From positions 16,368,001-16,432,000 of the forward strand of contig OZ260667.1 in NCBI GenBank assembly GCA_965285935.1: a stretch of DNA of 64,000 nucleotides. The letters run 5' to 3'. The notes under the pieces are model-generated. The model did no database searches, had not been told where the DNA came from, and saw only the letters and a program-made list of their open reading frames with translations. Below are positions 1 through 14,500 of the stretch, one piece after another; position 1 is the first letter of the stretch, and each line of letters begins with the position of its first letter. This DNA is from Ophelia neglecta (Eukaryota). Made by a program: the position numbers and the translations under genes.

Positions 1-2239
1 TAAACTTTGAACCCAAAGTCTATTGTTCAAGCAGGTTATCAGGTACTAGGTTAAACATTTCTAGTTTTGCTACCAATGAAGCATTTTGGTAGCATTAACT
101 AAAGTGCAGCCAATTCCAAATTCTAACTTGAGTGGGTGAATAGGGTATAAATAAAACAACATACTGTTTAAGGTGTTTAAAACCCTCAACATATAAGCAC
201 TTTAAATTTTAAAAGTATCGTGTTTTTTCAGTTTATGACTACCGGTACTAAGTATAAGACCTTTTGCAGTCCAGGCACAGTTACTTGTACGTATCAGAAT
301 GGTAGCCCACATGGTCAATTCATAATAAAAGCCTTTTAACCTTTCAAATAAAGTGGTGATCATGTTTTCTGGCCTATGTGAGTTTAAATGCATCCATGCA
401 CAATGTAATTTAAACTTTTCCAAGGCCATATGAGCTACAAATATGAAACTTTGGGATATTATATACCTATTACCAGTAGTGTGCACAACCACACTGGTCC
501 CAAACAAACGAAAAGACACAGGTAAATTTCTGTGTGGAGGCAAATTAAATGAGGATGATGCCATAGTAAGAGAAGTAATAATTCCCTGAAGAGTTCCCTA
601 GTTTTTGTTCATTTGGCCCAGTGTGAACACTTAGCAAATTTAGCTGTAGGGCCAGGGCATGGGAGGGGTGGGAGGGGAAATGAACAATTTTAATTTTTCT
701 AAATGTGACCTTGCACGAAATCGGACCTATTAATTAAGAATTACTGTGTATTGAACAAATGTGGTTGCTCTTCAGTCAAAAAGGTGGTCAGGAAGGGTCA
801 AAATGTAGCATTTGGGGGTCAGGTAATGTGTTTAATCTGATTTATCCTAAACAATTCAAGATACTGACTTGCAAGTCAGCGACATTGCATACCCAGCAAC
901 ATTGCATACCCAGAGTTGCACAATGGTCAAAACATTTCCAGTGTCCAATCTCATCACATTGATCACTTCTGATTGGCTCAAAATTTGTGTTTAACCTATA
1001 TGGGCAAATACAGATGTGCAATGGTACAAAGCTTTCATGTCTGATGGGTGACAGTGCCGTAGGGGAGTAAATGACACCAGGCAATGTGAGCAGGGACGTG
1101 GCACCCCAGATGGAAAGAATTGATGAGTGTGCCCTTAACCTCCTTCTGGTTTGGGAGCCTTCAATGATAACTTGGGAATATGTGATAGCATGCCATGACT
1201 TACTCAAATAAGTTTATATTTACCCTCCCAGTACAAGTGTTATGATATTAGAAGGACACTCTTGATTCAAAACCCAAACAGGGCATAGGATCCTATGCTA
1301 AAACAAACAGGCACTTGATCTTTCCACGAATTATCAACATATTATCAATAAATCTACATATATCTATACATTAGTATCAGACTACTACTTAGTGTATCTA
1401 GCACACTAAGTATTATGATATGTACTCGATAGTGTACTACATATAGTATTCAGAGTGATACATTTAGGTACATACTGATAAATTGTGGGATCTTTATATT
1501 AGCAGATAAAAGAATGACATAATGTAGTTATTTAACATACTGCATTATTACTCATCTATGGCAGAAAATATACATCTGCAGTCCGTGCTAGGTTTACTCG
1601 CAAGTTGTTTATACATGTATCCAAAGAATTCTACTAGTCTAGAGAGATCAGGTTAGGTGTCTTACCTTGTGGGGTCGTTATGCAACTTCTATGCAATGAC
1701 TGTCATACCTAAAAAACTCTGCACTTCAGATATATACAAAGATATTGATCTGTTTGATATGCATGCGCTCCTGTTTGTGTACTTGTCCTTAGATGCAAAA
1801 ATGGTGAAACACCACGGTAACGGAAACGTGATAGCGTGAGGACCAACTTTCAAAGTCAAGTAGTACTTGCTGTTAAACTTGTGCTGATTTAATGTCGAGG
1901 TAAATGTGTCATAACGGGAGGTAAGTTATACGCTGTTATATGTAAAAGCACTTCCTATACTTCGGTTAGTACTTATGTGCCGCGGAGATGAATCCTTTTT
2001 ATACGCCTTTTGATCGCCAATTTTTGCCAATAATGAATAATGCAGATTTGTAGATTTGACCCCCTTTTTTTGAAAAATGCAGCTTTTTGACATGTAGCAT
2101 TTTTACTCCATCATGAGTTGGAATGTAGAGTTTTGACCCCTTAAATTTGGCCTTCAATATAAAGTTTGCCCCTTTTATTATATATATGTACCCATCTTTT
2201 TTAACCAGTTAATAGGGGATTCTTTACTTGGTTTTTTTT

Positions 2240-3405
2240 AAACTTAACTTTCAAGGTCGAAATTACTTAGAATAAGGAACTGGCTAATCTAAGGCTGGCC
2301 GAAGTTTGTAATTGACACTTATTAATGCCGAGTGACTCTTAGAACGTGTTTCAATGCAATAAACGCAAATTTAAGGTGATTAGGTTACTTGAATTTCACT
2401 TTGTATTTTAAGTTGAAATGAGCATCTGAACCGGAAGTTGGAGGCTGGTCCCAGAGGCTGTATAGTTCCTTATTCACTTCTTCTTTCAATTCGGTTACAG
2501 AAATTCCTCATTGAGACTCGAAATTTGAACAACTTAGCGTTGCCAACATTCGTTATTGACAATGCAATGCAAGCTTAAGGCCATTGCGTTACTTAAATTT
2601 TACTTTGAAAGACAAAATTCTAAGGTTTGCCAACATTTTTATTGACACTGTTCGATGCCAAATGACACTTTTAATAAGTTTTTATGCAATTAACGTAAAT
2701 CTAAGGCGATTGGGTAACTTAATTTTTCCTTGGAAAGTTGAAATTTGATTAAGGAAATGGCAAATCTCAGCGATGCCAACGTTTGTTATTGACACTATTC
2801 GATTGGGTTACTTGATTTTGACTCTGAAAGTCGAGGAACTGGCCATATTCTAAACGATGCCAACGTTTGTTATTGAAACTATTCGATGCCAAATAAGCCT
2901 TGAAACATGTTTCAATACAATGGACGCAAACTTAAGGCGATTGGGTCACTTAATTTATAATTTGAAAGTCGATTTTCGAATAAGGAACTGACCAGTCTAA
3001 GGGCTGCCAATGATCGCTTTTGACCTTATTCGATGCAAAATACATCTTAAAACATGTTTTGATGCAATTAACCCAAACTTAAGGCGATTGGGTTACTTTT
3101 TCTTTGAAGGTCGAATTTGAAATAAGAACTGGCCAATCTAAGCCATGCCGATGTTCGATGTTAACACTACTCCATGCAAAATGACGCTTAGAACAAATTT
3201 CAATGTTATATTAACGCCAACTTAAGGCGATTGGGTTGCCTTTATTCAACTTTGAAGGTCAAAACTTGTATAAGGAGCTGGGCAATCTTTGCGATACCAA
3301 CGTTCGCCTTAAGTTTACTTTATTAAAAGTGTTCTACGTGTTATTTAGCATCGATTAGTATAAATAACAAATGCTGGCATAGCTCAGATTGGCAAGCTCC
3401 TTAAT
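2240..3405. repeat. Diverged ~145-bp tandem satellite with an inverted terminal copy
   Basis: Variants of the motif ttaaggcgattgggttactt at ~2371, 2575, 2701, 2932, 3079 and 3222; 3303-3405 is the reverse complement of the unit. Confidence 0.85.
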
Positions 3406-5334
3406 GCCCTTTTCCCAAAGATACTTGGTGAAAAAGATTGTCTTTTTGTTTGATTGTCGAATCTTTCTTAGGGGACCCCTCTTGTGACCCGTTCTTCATA
3501 ATATAAATATATATATAACATCGTACATTTTTCACTGCTAAACATGTAACACTTTTTTGAACTATTGATCTAGGCCAAAGTAAATGATGGGATACGCAAC
3601 AGAATATATAGGTTTCCCATGAAGTATGTGCCCAGCACTCTGAAAGTCTAAATATACCGAAATAGATTATATGCGCACCAAACACAACGTGGCAGTGGAA
3701 AGAAGTGATCTTATGCTAGTAGTTATCATCGATGTATTGTGATTGTGTATTGCTAGTAGTGAGTGTTAGAAAATAGGAAGGACGGAGGCACAGACAAAAT
3801 ACTATAATTTATAGGATTTGGATTTTTTTTGGGTTTAACGACACATAATCAACACGTGTGCCATTCAGTGTCTTTAAATTGAATAAATTTCATATGTTAT
3901 TATCAGAATGTGTTTTTTTATATTAAAGTTTAGTTATAAAATCAATAGCAGGTTATTGATTCATATAGGGCCTCCCCAGAATATTTGCAAGTTTACATTT
4001 AGGTAGAGTACAGACTGTTGATATGGCGGCTTTTGACTACAAGATAAAGCTAGATAATATAGGATATGCCTTTTTCTTTGAAACGTATAGCTGGTAGATA
4101 TCGCTCTTGGTGACACGTCCAATTTACCCACACAAGTTTTTCCCCTTTACTTAAGAAATGTCCCATGCAACTTTGGCCTCGCGTGGAAAGTAAGGTTGTC
4201 TTTAACGGACATATCAGAGCACTGCGTTAAGATGACGTCATGTCTGACGTTTCCAAACTACAGCCAATAGGCAACGGTGTTCTGACGTAGTAAGTTTCCT
4301 GGATAGTCTTTTAGGTCTCAAGATTAATGGGGCTTGGCATCTGAAGCATGACTTAAGACTTGTACGTGGCATGGTCAATAAGCTTAAATGAAAAGCGTAT
4401 GACCAGAGGATCAATTATTTAAGACTTTAACCGTGCCGACTTAGGGTTATAAAGTTTGCTTGTGAGCGACATACAATTGAGTTACCAAAAGACAACGTGA
4501 ATTTCCGGGCAAGTGGACATGAAAGAGTAACTTTACACTGGCATATATTGTAAAATATGATATAATAGACAAGAGGGAAACACGAGATTCGCAGAGAAGA
4601 AAATAGTTAGCTTAGTTTGGGTTTGACACGATAAGGGGCAGCTAACAACCTAGCTGAATCACTTCCTCTCAACCGTAACCTAACCAAGACCTAATTAATT
4701 CATATATCTACATTTTAAACTTACCCACTCTCATCTGTGTCTCGATCGTATCTGCCATTTTCAGGTGTTAAAGGAAATATGCAGGCCTCTTATTCACAGG
4801 GCATTTTAACAACCAACATCTGGGTCCTTGATCAAATTGCCTGGATAACTGTTAGCCTGGTTAGTTTTAAGAGATTGGCAGGTGGTTGAGTAGGAGTTGA
4901 TTTAATCAGGCTTAAAAGTAGCCCGTTAAACTTATCAGCCGGCTTGTGCATATGATATATCACTACTCCCCCACACTCGCCCAAGGTCTTTCATTCAGCC
5001 AATTGTCTGACTTATAGACCTACCCGCCAGCACGCGCTAACTTTAAAAAAAAATAAGAATTAATACCTCAGCAATATTCATCACATTTATTAAAAAGGAT
5101 TTGACCTAAATTGGAAAGATGCAAAAACGACGAACGATCATAATTTTAAAGCGAGTGATTATTGCCAAGTTTGTTAGGGAGTTTTCAATACAGACTTATA
5201 TTAAAGGCATTAAATGCTTTTGATCCTTGTAACTTGCATTTTCAATAATTTCAGCGCTAATCTAACGCCAAAAAATGATCAATTCCAACATGTTTCCTCA
5301 CAGTCTGTCGGCACTCACTCCATCAAATCCACGA

Positions 5335-5564
5335 TCATAGAACGACAATGCCCTGTCTGTATTTACGTTGCTGAAGCAGCTTGTATTCGATGGCACTGTA
5401 GAAAGTAAGGCCCAAAACCAGCAGCCCGCCCATTATATACACCTTGGTGGAGACACACAGGAAGTAGCTGTAGCCGAAGGCGGTGGCGAGGCCTATCGCC
5501 TGGAACATACGGTAACACGCGAACGCTGCCTCCTGGTTCTCGGCAAACAGCACTCCAAACAACG
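5335..5564 (-). CDS. unc-93: UNC-93-like terminal coding exon (TLFGVLFAENQEAAF...QGIVVL*)
   Basis: Polypyrimidine cttcag acceptor; stop at 5335; AATAAA on the minus strand at 5086-5091. Confidence 0.92.
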
Positions 5565-8500
5565 CTGAAGCGAGAGAGAAAAAAACGAGTCTGAAAACCA
5601 CATAGCAAAGATTGATGGCTTTTGGCACTAAAAGTGAGCCCGCGTTTGAATGAAATTCTTGCGATAATCATCTTGCCGGCAATAAATCACTTTAATCACA
5701 TCCGGAATCTGCAATTATTTTGCCCAGGATAACAAGATGTTCTAATCTTGGCATAACAATTTAATGGCCCCATTTCGCCATTGGTTTTTATAGCCTTAGG
5801 AAAGAGGCAAGATTTATGTTTGATGTTTCACTATATAATGAGTCACGACCTTAACAAAAACTCAGTTCAAGCGATTGCAATGCATTTGATCAAGTAATCG
5901 ATGTTTTCGATAACCTTTGGGGTCCAGTATACTTACTGTTAGTCTGGGTCTGCCATATGGCATCGCAGAGGCCGAGGCAGGAGGATATGACGTAATACAT
6001 GGGAACATCATCCAGGACAGGCCGCCACCACAGTAGAACCAACAACAAACCGGTGTTAAATAATGTCCCTAAAAGACATTTCAAGAACAATTAATGCCAG
6101 GATGCGACCTTGGAATTTGATCTAATTAATATGCTGACTTTATTCTATATGACACTCGAATGTTTTTAATATTAACCCCTCCGCTGATGTTCATAATGCT
6201 AATATTGGTAGATTATACAAACCTGCCTTGTATGATCTGTTGTAACACTTACCCGACACCATGATGGGATAGCGTTTTAGATGTTTGGCAACATGACCAA
6301 TACACACGGAACTGACCGAGTTGACCGCTCCGAAACACATCAACACGTAACCTATCTTGTGGATGCCCAGCGCACAGTTCACATACGACTGAAACGAGAA
6401 AAAACAAACACATGTCATAAGTATGTGTTTAAATAATCAAGTCAGGACATGTGAATATAGTTGTTTGACAAACCTACGCCTAACCTATCTCCGCTTACTA
6501 TCAAATTGAACTTCTAGGGAGGTGACCATTTTTCATTCGAAGCAGCATATAAAGGTTTTCTTAGTGTTATCAAATCTTTGGTATCAAGAAAGTCATATTT
6601 TGATATCAATCAATTCTTTGAAGTTTCTTTTATACGTATAATGATTGTGTCCGTGTTTAACATGTAATGCCCCAATTGTCTGAGATGACGTGCCAAAGAT
6701 TTATGGTAGGGACGCGCAACCGGAAACTCAAATTGGGAGGTCATTCTTAGAGCAATGCCACTATAAATCAACCCTATCGTATAGCACTGTATTAAAAATG
6801 ATGGTCTTTATTATAGGACGTAAAATAGAAAAAACGGCCTATATTTAAAATTGTGGGGGAAAATTGATTAATTGTTTGTACAGGGAAAAATATTGAGGGC
6901 TTTCTAACAGCAACGCATAAAAGGGTAGAAATATTATAGCATCCCTTGAAAAAAGAGAAATTGTCGTACAGATTGTAAGGCCTGAAAAAGATACCTTTTC
7001 CAGCGGAGCATACGTATACTGGTTCCAGGTGACGTGCTTAACAAAATTAACTTTGAATTTGAATATACACTCCACGACAATTGGTTTTATAGACCTTTGT
7101 ACGTGGAAAATAACATCAACGTACTAAGTAAAACCTTAGGTTATGTTATTGCATGTAATCCCTTGCACGTCTACAAGTCGGAGATGATAAAGCCAGGTGC
7201 AATGAGACATATTGGATATCTACCGGGGCAATCTGTTAGGAAGGCGCAGGTGGCACTCCTTAAGAATTGATGGACTAGCTATGTAAATGACGGGTAATTA
7301 TATACCAACTCTAAATGTTAGGTACTGTTTCTGAAGATATGAATATATGATGTGATGGCAGATATCGAATGAAGCAGACGATCCCTCATCTCAAATATAC
7401 AAAGATCAAGTAGGGCTTAACCGGCCCGGAAACAAAGACTCTGATAAACACTTGATTGTTGCCTCGTATTCCAGTTTAAGTGGTATTTCTCTCTAATAAA
7501 GCTTAACAAGCCACCATACGGTAGTAGTGTCTTAAATCACCTTGGGGCTATAAATAGATATCACCAGTGAGACACGAACATCTATTTCCTTGTAACCTGT
7601 CTGCCATTTGCAGTAAGGTAGAACAGGAACGATTTAACATGAATCAAAGACAGTAAATATTCTCAAGTCTAGTATTTAGAGGTTTTTGTCCTGCATAACA
7701 GTGGGCGAAACATAAGCATTTATAATCCGATCCCAACCATTTGTATCAGAGTAAACTTGTTTTTATATTCCTTTAAGAAATACTTGGTACTGTTATAAAA
7801 GGAGAGATGTGATCTTAATTTGACAGATTACTCCGCAGAAAAAGAGGATGGAGATGGCGTCTTATAATAGATTAACCTCTTAGAGCAACATGCCCCCCCC
7901 CCTCCCCCCACGGCAAGGTGTTGCGAGATAAACACTCGAATATGTTAAAATAAACCTTTCTTTTTTTGCCAATTCTTGTTTAAAACGTGTATCTTGTCTT
8001 TGGAAAAAAACGGACTTTTTATTACTTTGTTTGGTACTTTTAAACTCATCAGAAAGATTATTACCATTGTATTTGCAGAGTAGCGTAGTCTAATACAAAA
8101 ACTAGTCAAACAGGAAGGATAAGTGAAAATAGAACTCTTCTATGAAAGGCTTAGGGTAGCGTGAATTTTGATTAAAAATATATAACTTAATGTTCACTGT
8201 GTTGTTGTATAGTTAAATATAAAGGAATATGTGCCCTTTTCAAAAGCTTGTGTTTTTTGTCTGATTTAAGTTACAGAACACGTAGTCCTGGTGTCAAAAT
8301 TACTGACCCAGGAATACGAACTTTGCAGATTAAAACGGGTATTTTCCAAATTCATGGATGAATATTCCACTACTTTATTCAAATACATGTATGCCTCAAA
8401 GCCTGGAGGACTTGTGGAATACAATAAAAGATTTCAGCAGTCTAAGTGAGAGTCACAACTCGATCAATGACTCTTTTCGACTGTCCAGTTTTACATTTCC

Positions 8501-11500
8501 TCTTTTTAAACCACAGAGACAATACCATGATGACGCATGTTGTTTTTTCCAATATTCAGATTTATGTAGCTTTACGTTGCCTGGTTTCATTCAGTGCGTT
8601 CTGTGTTAATATGTGTTATTAATGTATGTTATCAAGGGGCAATAAACATCTGCTTGTTCTGAAGTATGGCTTATTTTTTGTGGCTCGGGGACGACCCATG
8701 CGGCTGCCACACACGTAATATATGTTATTGGTGAGCTTGTGGCTCCGCGATGAAGCAATTACTGCGACTCTTTTGTTGTATTCTCCTCTAAATACCGTGT
8801 GACAATGAATGCAAGGCAGCCGTTGGCCAACACCAAGCTAGGCAATTTGGCTCTTAATCATGGGTCGGAAGAGAGAAAATTAGAAAACTGACAGCTCTTT
8901 CATATGATAATCTAGCCAAACTAAGCAACCGGAGTGAAGAATCGATCGACTCGATGTTCTCTGATTAAATTGGAAGTTGACACAAACGCGGCTAGATGAG
9001 GTGTGAAATTAAAATAGTTTTGATAGCCTGCTTTTGTATTCAGTCAAACGGCTTGCAGGAAATTATAGTGGATTTTCTGGATTGTGTATGCATATCAGTC
9101 TGCAACCATTGACTTTGCCTCTCATTAAATCTTATACCATTGAAACCAATTATTCCACTTTTTATTTATACCGTTGATTTCTCTGTTCAACAGACGCGAA
9201 TTAATATTATGGGTGAATGGCAAATGTTTCTTCTATTATGTTTTTGTATGCCTTTTTCCATTGTTAAGGACATTTTTTCCAAGTTTTAAAAGAGAACCCA
9301 TTGCGCAACTTCACGCCTGATGGGTGGAGTTCTGAAAGATTGAACAATTAAGTATTGCTAGGCTAAAGTATGTGCTTGGAAAAGATTTTGAAGTGCTATA
9401 ATAATCTTGAATTTCGCCAAGTTAAAACTAAGAGGAGAAAAAACTCAAACTTATGTCTTAAACTTAAGTCAACAAAGAAAATATAGATGCAGTTTTATGG
9501 ATGCACCAGAGCAGTGAATGCCATTTTTGCCTTCCTCTCGTCTGCTAACTGTCTACTCCAGTAACATAGATGCTGCAGAACCACGTCCCGTGGCTGGTAG
9601 TGCATACTGAAACTGACCCAGGCCACGTTTGACACTTGGTGGCAGGAAAGGAACTTAAAGCACAGATCAATATAATGTCAATTTCTGGTAGAAGGCGATT
9701 AAAAACAAAGAACTTGGAGGGTGTAGCACCAATAGTGTGAATAGGAAATTGGTTATGAATAACTTGATTGTAAATAGTGGGAACTGCCTAACCTAAGAGT
9801 CATATGATCACTTATTTTCTTAATATTAAGTAGGAAAATACTTCTATATTAGATATAGTTATGCAATTCTTAAGGAGTACCTAATGTAATTGAACCGAAC
9901 ATGCGTACCATCAACTCATACTAACATTCGTTTTAATCGTTCAAAAACTATTTGCGTAGCAAAGTTTACCTGCATGATTATTTGAAATTATGATTTCACG
10001 TTTAGGGGTTGAATTGGGGTCAATAAATCGGCATTTATGGTAAATCATCTACATATTTCAGACTGTCCGATCAGCCAACTGTGGGTGATAAAGACATATG
10101 TCTGATTTGTTCAGCAGTAAGCCTAAAAGATTCTTGTGCATTTCACCTAACCTGTGTCCCCATCTTTAAGAACTAGACATAGACTTCAGACACATTTTTA
10201 GCTTGCTCGAGAATCCGCCATATTTAAGCATTAAATAAAACAAAACTGGTTTCAGAACACCTCAGACCTATGTCTTGCCTGGAATTTGTCTTGACTTTAG
10301 GTTAAGATAAGAAGGTATGCACAACCATTGTTCTATTCAGACTTAAGTGTTAAAGTTAAGTCTGATAAACTTTTAGAACTCCACTCCGGGCGGGCGATGT
10401 CTGCGAGACTTAAAATCAAACTCATCTACCGAACACGAAAAAAATGAGTTGTAATATAGATATATAGATATTTACATATTTATATAAACACAACGTAATT
10501 ATAAAGATATTGGCAAAATAGCAAGGTGTATAGTATGAAATAGGTCGCCCCGTAAACATATCGGATATATATATAGGGTATATCACTATAACTGTATGCA
10601 GTCCCTTAATTAAAGCCTTATTCGATATAGGCCTGTGATCTGGAGTTTAGTTTGACATATTTATCGTCGAGTTCCCTTTCGAGTAATGCATTGCAAGTCA
10701 AGTCAAATACGAGCGAAGGGTTAATTGAGTTCGTGACTTGAATGGCCAATTTAATTCACGTGATTCGTGAATGTGTGTTCGCTATTTCACACCATAACAT
10801 GCAACACGAAGAATTACATTATACAACGTGAAATATATAAGAACTCGGGTATTTAGCATGATGCTTAATCAGAACCCCCACCCCCACCCCTCCCTCCCCC
10901 TTCTTCTTATACTTCCCAATACATCTTCATCTTGAAGCTAAGACTCAAGAAGTCACCCTTTGCGTTGCAGGGCAATGGATCTCAAATAAATCTAGCCGAG
11001 TAATGGGTCTGATGTTGATATATTTTGACACGGAGTCCCGGGCTTGGGAGTTATGTTTGCCCACCGACTTGAGAACGTTGACTCCTAGCACTCTCGGAGC
11101 TTCTTGCTGGCACCAGATGCTATTGATTTTGCCAGCATTCGTTAATTTTTGCTGGCTCTCTTCCTTGATAGATGTCGTATTTGTCGCTTTGACATGGGAT
11201 TTCCCTTTCATCTTGTCCCATAAAAGGAAGCAAATAAGGCAAAAATTTATTGGTAATGTAGCGGAGGTGTTTCGAGTTCTACTCAAGTCGATAGTTTTGT
11301 TCTTATGAGAAGTATTAATCATTTAAAGGGTGGAACATTTATCCTTCTCTGAAACCGATAACTGTCTCCAATTTATGCGCCAGAGCAAATTAATGCAGAT
11401 ACCCGATCTAGTCACTATATCTTGCACAGCAGACAGAATTGAAAACCAAGAATAAGATTGACAAACAAGCACGACAAAGTGTATTCTGTTTTATCATTTC

Positions 11501-14500
11501 CCCATCGATCAACTGACTAGGAATATTTATAAGCAACGATTATCTTTAACCGCCGCATCCCCAGTTAAAATGATTATCTATGATGATCAATACTCCATAC
11601 ATTTATTTACGGTTTCATTCGGTTTTATCGATGCAAGGCGCCAAGAGAGGAGGTCGGCTTTCCGCATATCCCAGCCTAGGGTGGGACACCATTCTAGAAT
11701 ATTAGAGATGCTTAACATACGTGCAAAAATGAATAGTTACCTACTATATCTGACTGTAAAGAATATGGCAGGCAGTGTATATCTCATACTTAAAGTAGTT
11801 ATCAAGATTTATTCGCTTCTCTGACATGGCAAATCCAATCATTGTACACCTTTTAAAAGGCTTAAGTATAAACTTATTGTAGGTGACGTGACGTCACGCT
11901 GGGAGATTTTTTTTATTTAAAGACAGGTTTTATAGAGGTTGTTCGCCTGACCTTTTAGGATGGATGATTCCTATGATGATAACTGTCTGTGCTGCTGACA
12001 ACCTTTGCAGCGTCGAGACTGCTCTTGTCACGCGAACTGTGTCGCCCTGTCGCCCCTAAAGACCGAGGTCAGCAGCGAGGCAATCACTCACTTCCGGTTT
12101 TTTGTCCATTCGCCAACACCTTACGAACTGTCTTACCATAACTATCTAGGGCATTTGCCACAAGAACTTTATTACGCCAGTCTTAAAGTACCAACAAATT
12201 TTGTTTTTACTAAAGCTATTTAAACGCGAAAGTATACACTTAATTATACTGCATGGCATAAGTTGCGTGCACCCTTGAAAAATACCTTTCCTCTTAGGTA
12301 TACCGTTGACACTTATGGTAGTTAAACAACCAAAACGTTTTTCACGACCCTTGCCTTTGTGGAACTATTTACGCCGTTTATAAATGGGACCAATTCGATC
12401 GTTGCGCTATGTTCCTGTCTATTTCATGGGTGTTCGCAGGAAAAGCTTATTGACTTTACCGACTATTCGAATTATACTGCAATGTGGTGTTCCAGAAACG
12501 AATGGCTCCCAATGGAATAACCGTGGTGGTGGCGAATAAGAATTTGTGCGTCTGCCTCTGAGGGGCATACAGATAGCCTTCGTACCAATTATCTAATGCA
12601 TCAAGCTAGAATAAAAGCGGGGGCAGCGCAGTAAACAGTAAAACAGTTATGTGAAGACTAAGCAATAGAGTTGCATTGCATGTACAACCTTCAGGACTGA
12701 TTGGACTGAAAATGTGATTTTTTGCGAGGATTTTAAGGCGGCTTTTGAACTTCACATTTCTCCATTGTTGACCTAGTGAAGCCGATAAATGTCACTTCAA
12801 GTTAAACATCCACGCCACATAATTAGGATGAATTTATAGATTATATTCAAACTTAAGTACAGACGAGCTTAAGATTTGCCTTGACGCCTCACCCCACGAT
12901 TTCCCGTCCTTCCAATTAAGTTCAGCGTCAGTGTGGCCTTTATCTGCATTCTCATGAAAAGGCCGAGTGCATGCTTCTAGTATCACCTGCACGTAATACT
13001 ACATGCATTAAGGACCACATTGAGTTATTGCCTTTTCGAGACGGGAGAATCACATTAGAAAGACAGCACCAGCTGCCAATATTGGTTATGTGAACACGCT
13101 TATGGAGAGAGGAATGCCATAATAAGTCAAATCAGTGCATTCACGGCATTACTCAACGTGTCTCCCTAAATGGCGACGCTGCATATTTGATATTAACGTT
13201 ACTCTCGACAGGTAAACATTTCCGATTGCTTTATTCCGTTGTTTTGATCATATAAACTACCAATGCAACATATGAGTTATTACGTCGAGATATGGCCGAG
13301 ATATATAGGTTACCATAGTGGCTACCCCGCAACTGCAGCAACTGTGGCCGGGTCTGCTCAACAGTGCAAAATGCCTTGCAGTTCTGAGCTTTATATGACG
13401 CTTTTAAACTCTCCGAGGATCGAGATGCATACTGGGATATTTATCTTTCAGTGAAGCAGCTAAACATTGGTCCAGGGATCCATTATCCGGCTCAGCAAGA
13501 CCATTCTATAGGGAAGCAATACAAGGGGGCCATTCTTGGACCCGCACATTAAAGTGGCAAGCGGCATCATAGCCTACCAAATACAAAAATTGAACTCATT
13601 TGACATTCTGAGAGCATTGCTGCCGATGCTGTGATCTCTTGCTGGCCTCAAAAGACTTTGACGATCACATTGCTCAGGGGGAAATAGATTTCTGAAATAA
13701 GAGCTACGCCCTTATTCTGAAAGTGGTAATCTGTCCCTCTAAGTGGATGTCTTCTTGTGTCCTTTGATGGCTGTAATACGAGGGCTTTCGGTCGGCTCGA
13801 AATCTGCCCTGAGTTCTACTCGATGACCCAGAAATTACTTTTTCACCAGAATGGGAATTTCAGGCTTCGATCCAACGGACAAACTAGTTTCGAAAGGTCG
13901 TAGTTGACAGAAAAGAAATAGCTAGGCTGCCCGACGCCATAAAAGTGTAAACATTCCCAATCACAGTAATATGAAATGTGGACAGTATTTCCCCTTCAAG
14001 TCCGGCTTCAAGCGGGTTCGTAGTAGGGGAAAAATTGTTCCGTGTAAAGCTTGCAAAATTATTATCTTTGCTCATACCGAGAAAGATAAGCCTATGTCTA
14101 AGACGAGTCTGGGTGTGAGTGTTTATGAGTATGAAGAGAATATTTCAAATTTACTGTATCGATTATGATCAAATTTGGTTAGCATGTAACCTAGGACCAG
14201 GCTTCCAATCCTGTTAATTTACTGGACCTACCTCGAATGCATCGGTCAAGGCACAATTTTTTAAAATCCAAGTGGTCATATCTCAGCGGTTTATGGTCCG
14301 ATTTGAAAAAAGACTAAACCTATAGATATGTTTCTATTTTATTTAAATGGGTTGGCCTACTATTATTATATACTTCATAGTGTTTCCTTTAAAGTTTCAA
14401 ATGCTGGTAATCACAGTAGGCAGATGTATATGTTATTCTCGTAGGCTGAGCATAGATCAGCGTATCCAGTTGGGTAGAACTTCTATTCTATTTTTGGTGG

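Noticed and set aside
202-1207. ORFs of 120-121 aa at the window start
   Set aside because: No recognisable domain or consistent splice structure.
3376-3400. tRNA-like D-arm (tagctcagattgg)
   Set aside because: Part of the inverted satellite copy; no cloverleaf or B-box.
10945-11322. Overlapping ORFs of over 100 aa inside the UNC-93 intron as a nested gene
   Set aside because: No homology motifs or exon boundaries; compatible with chance.
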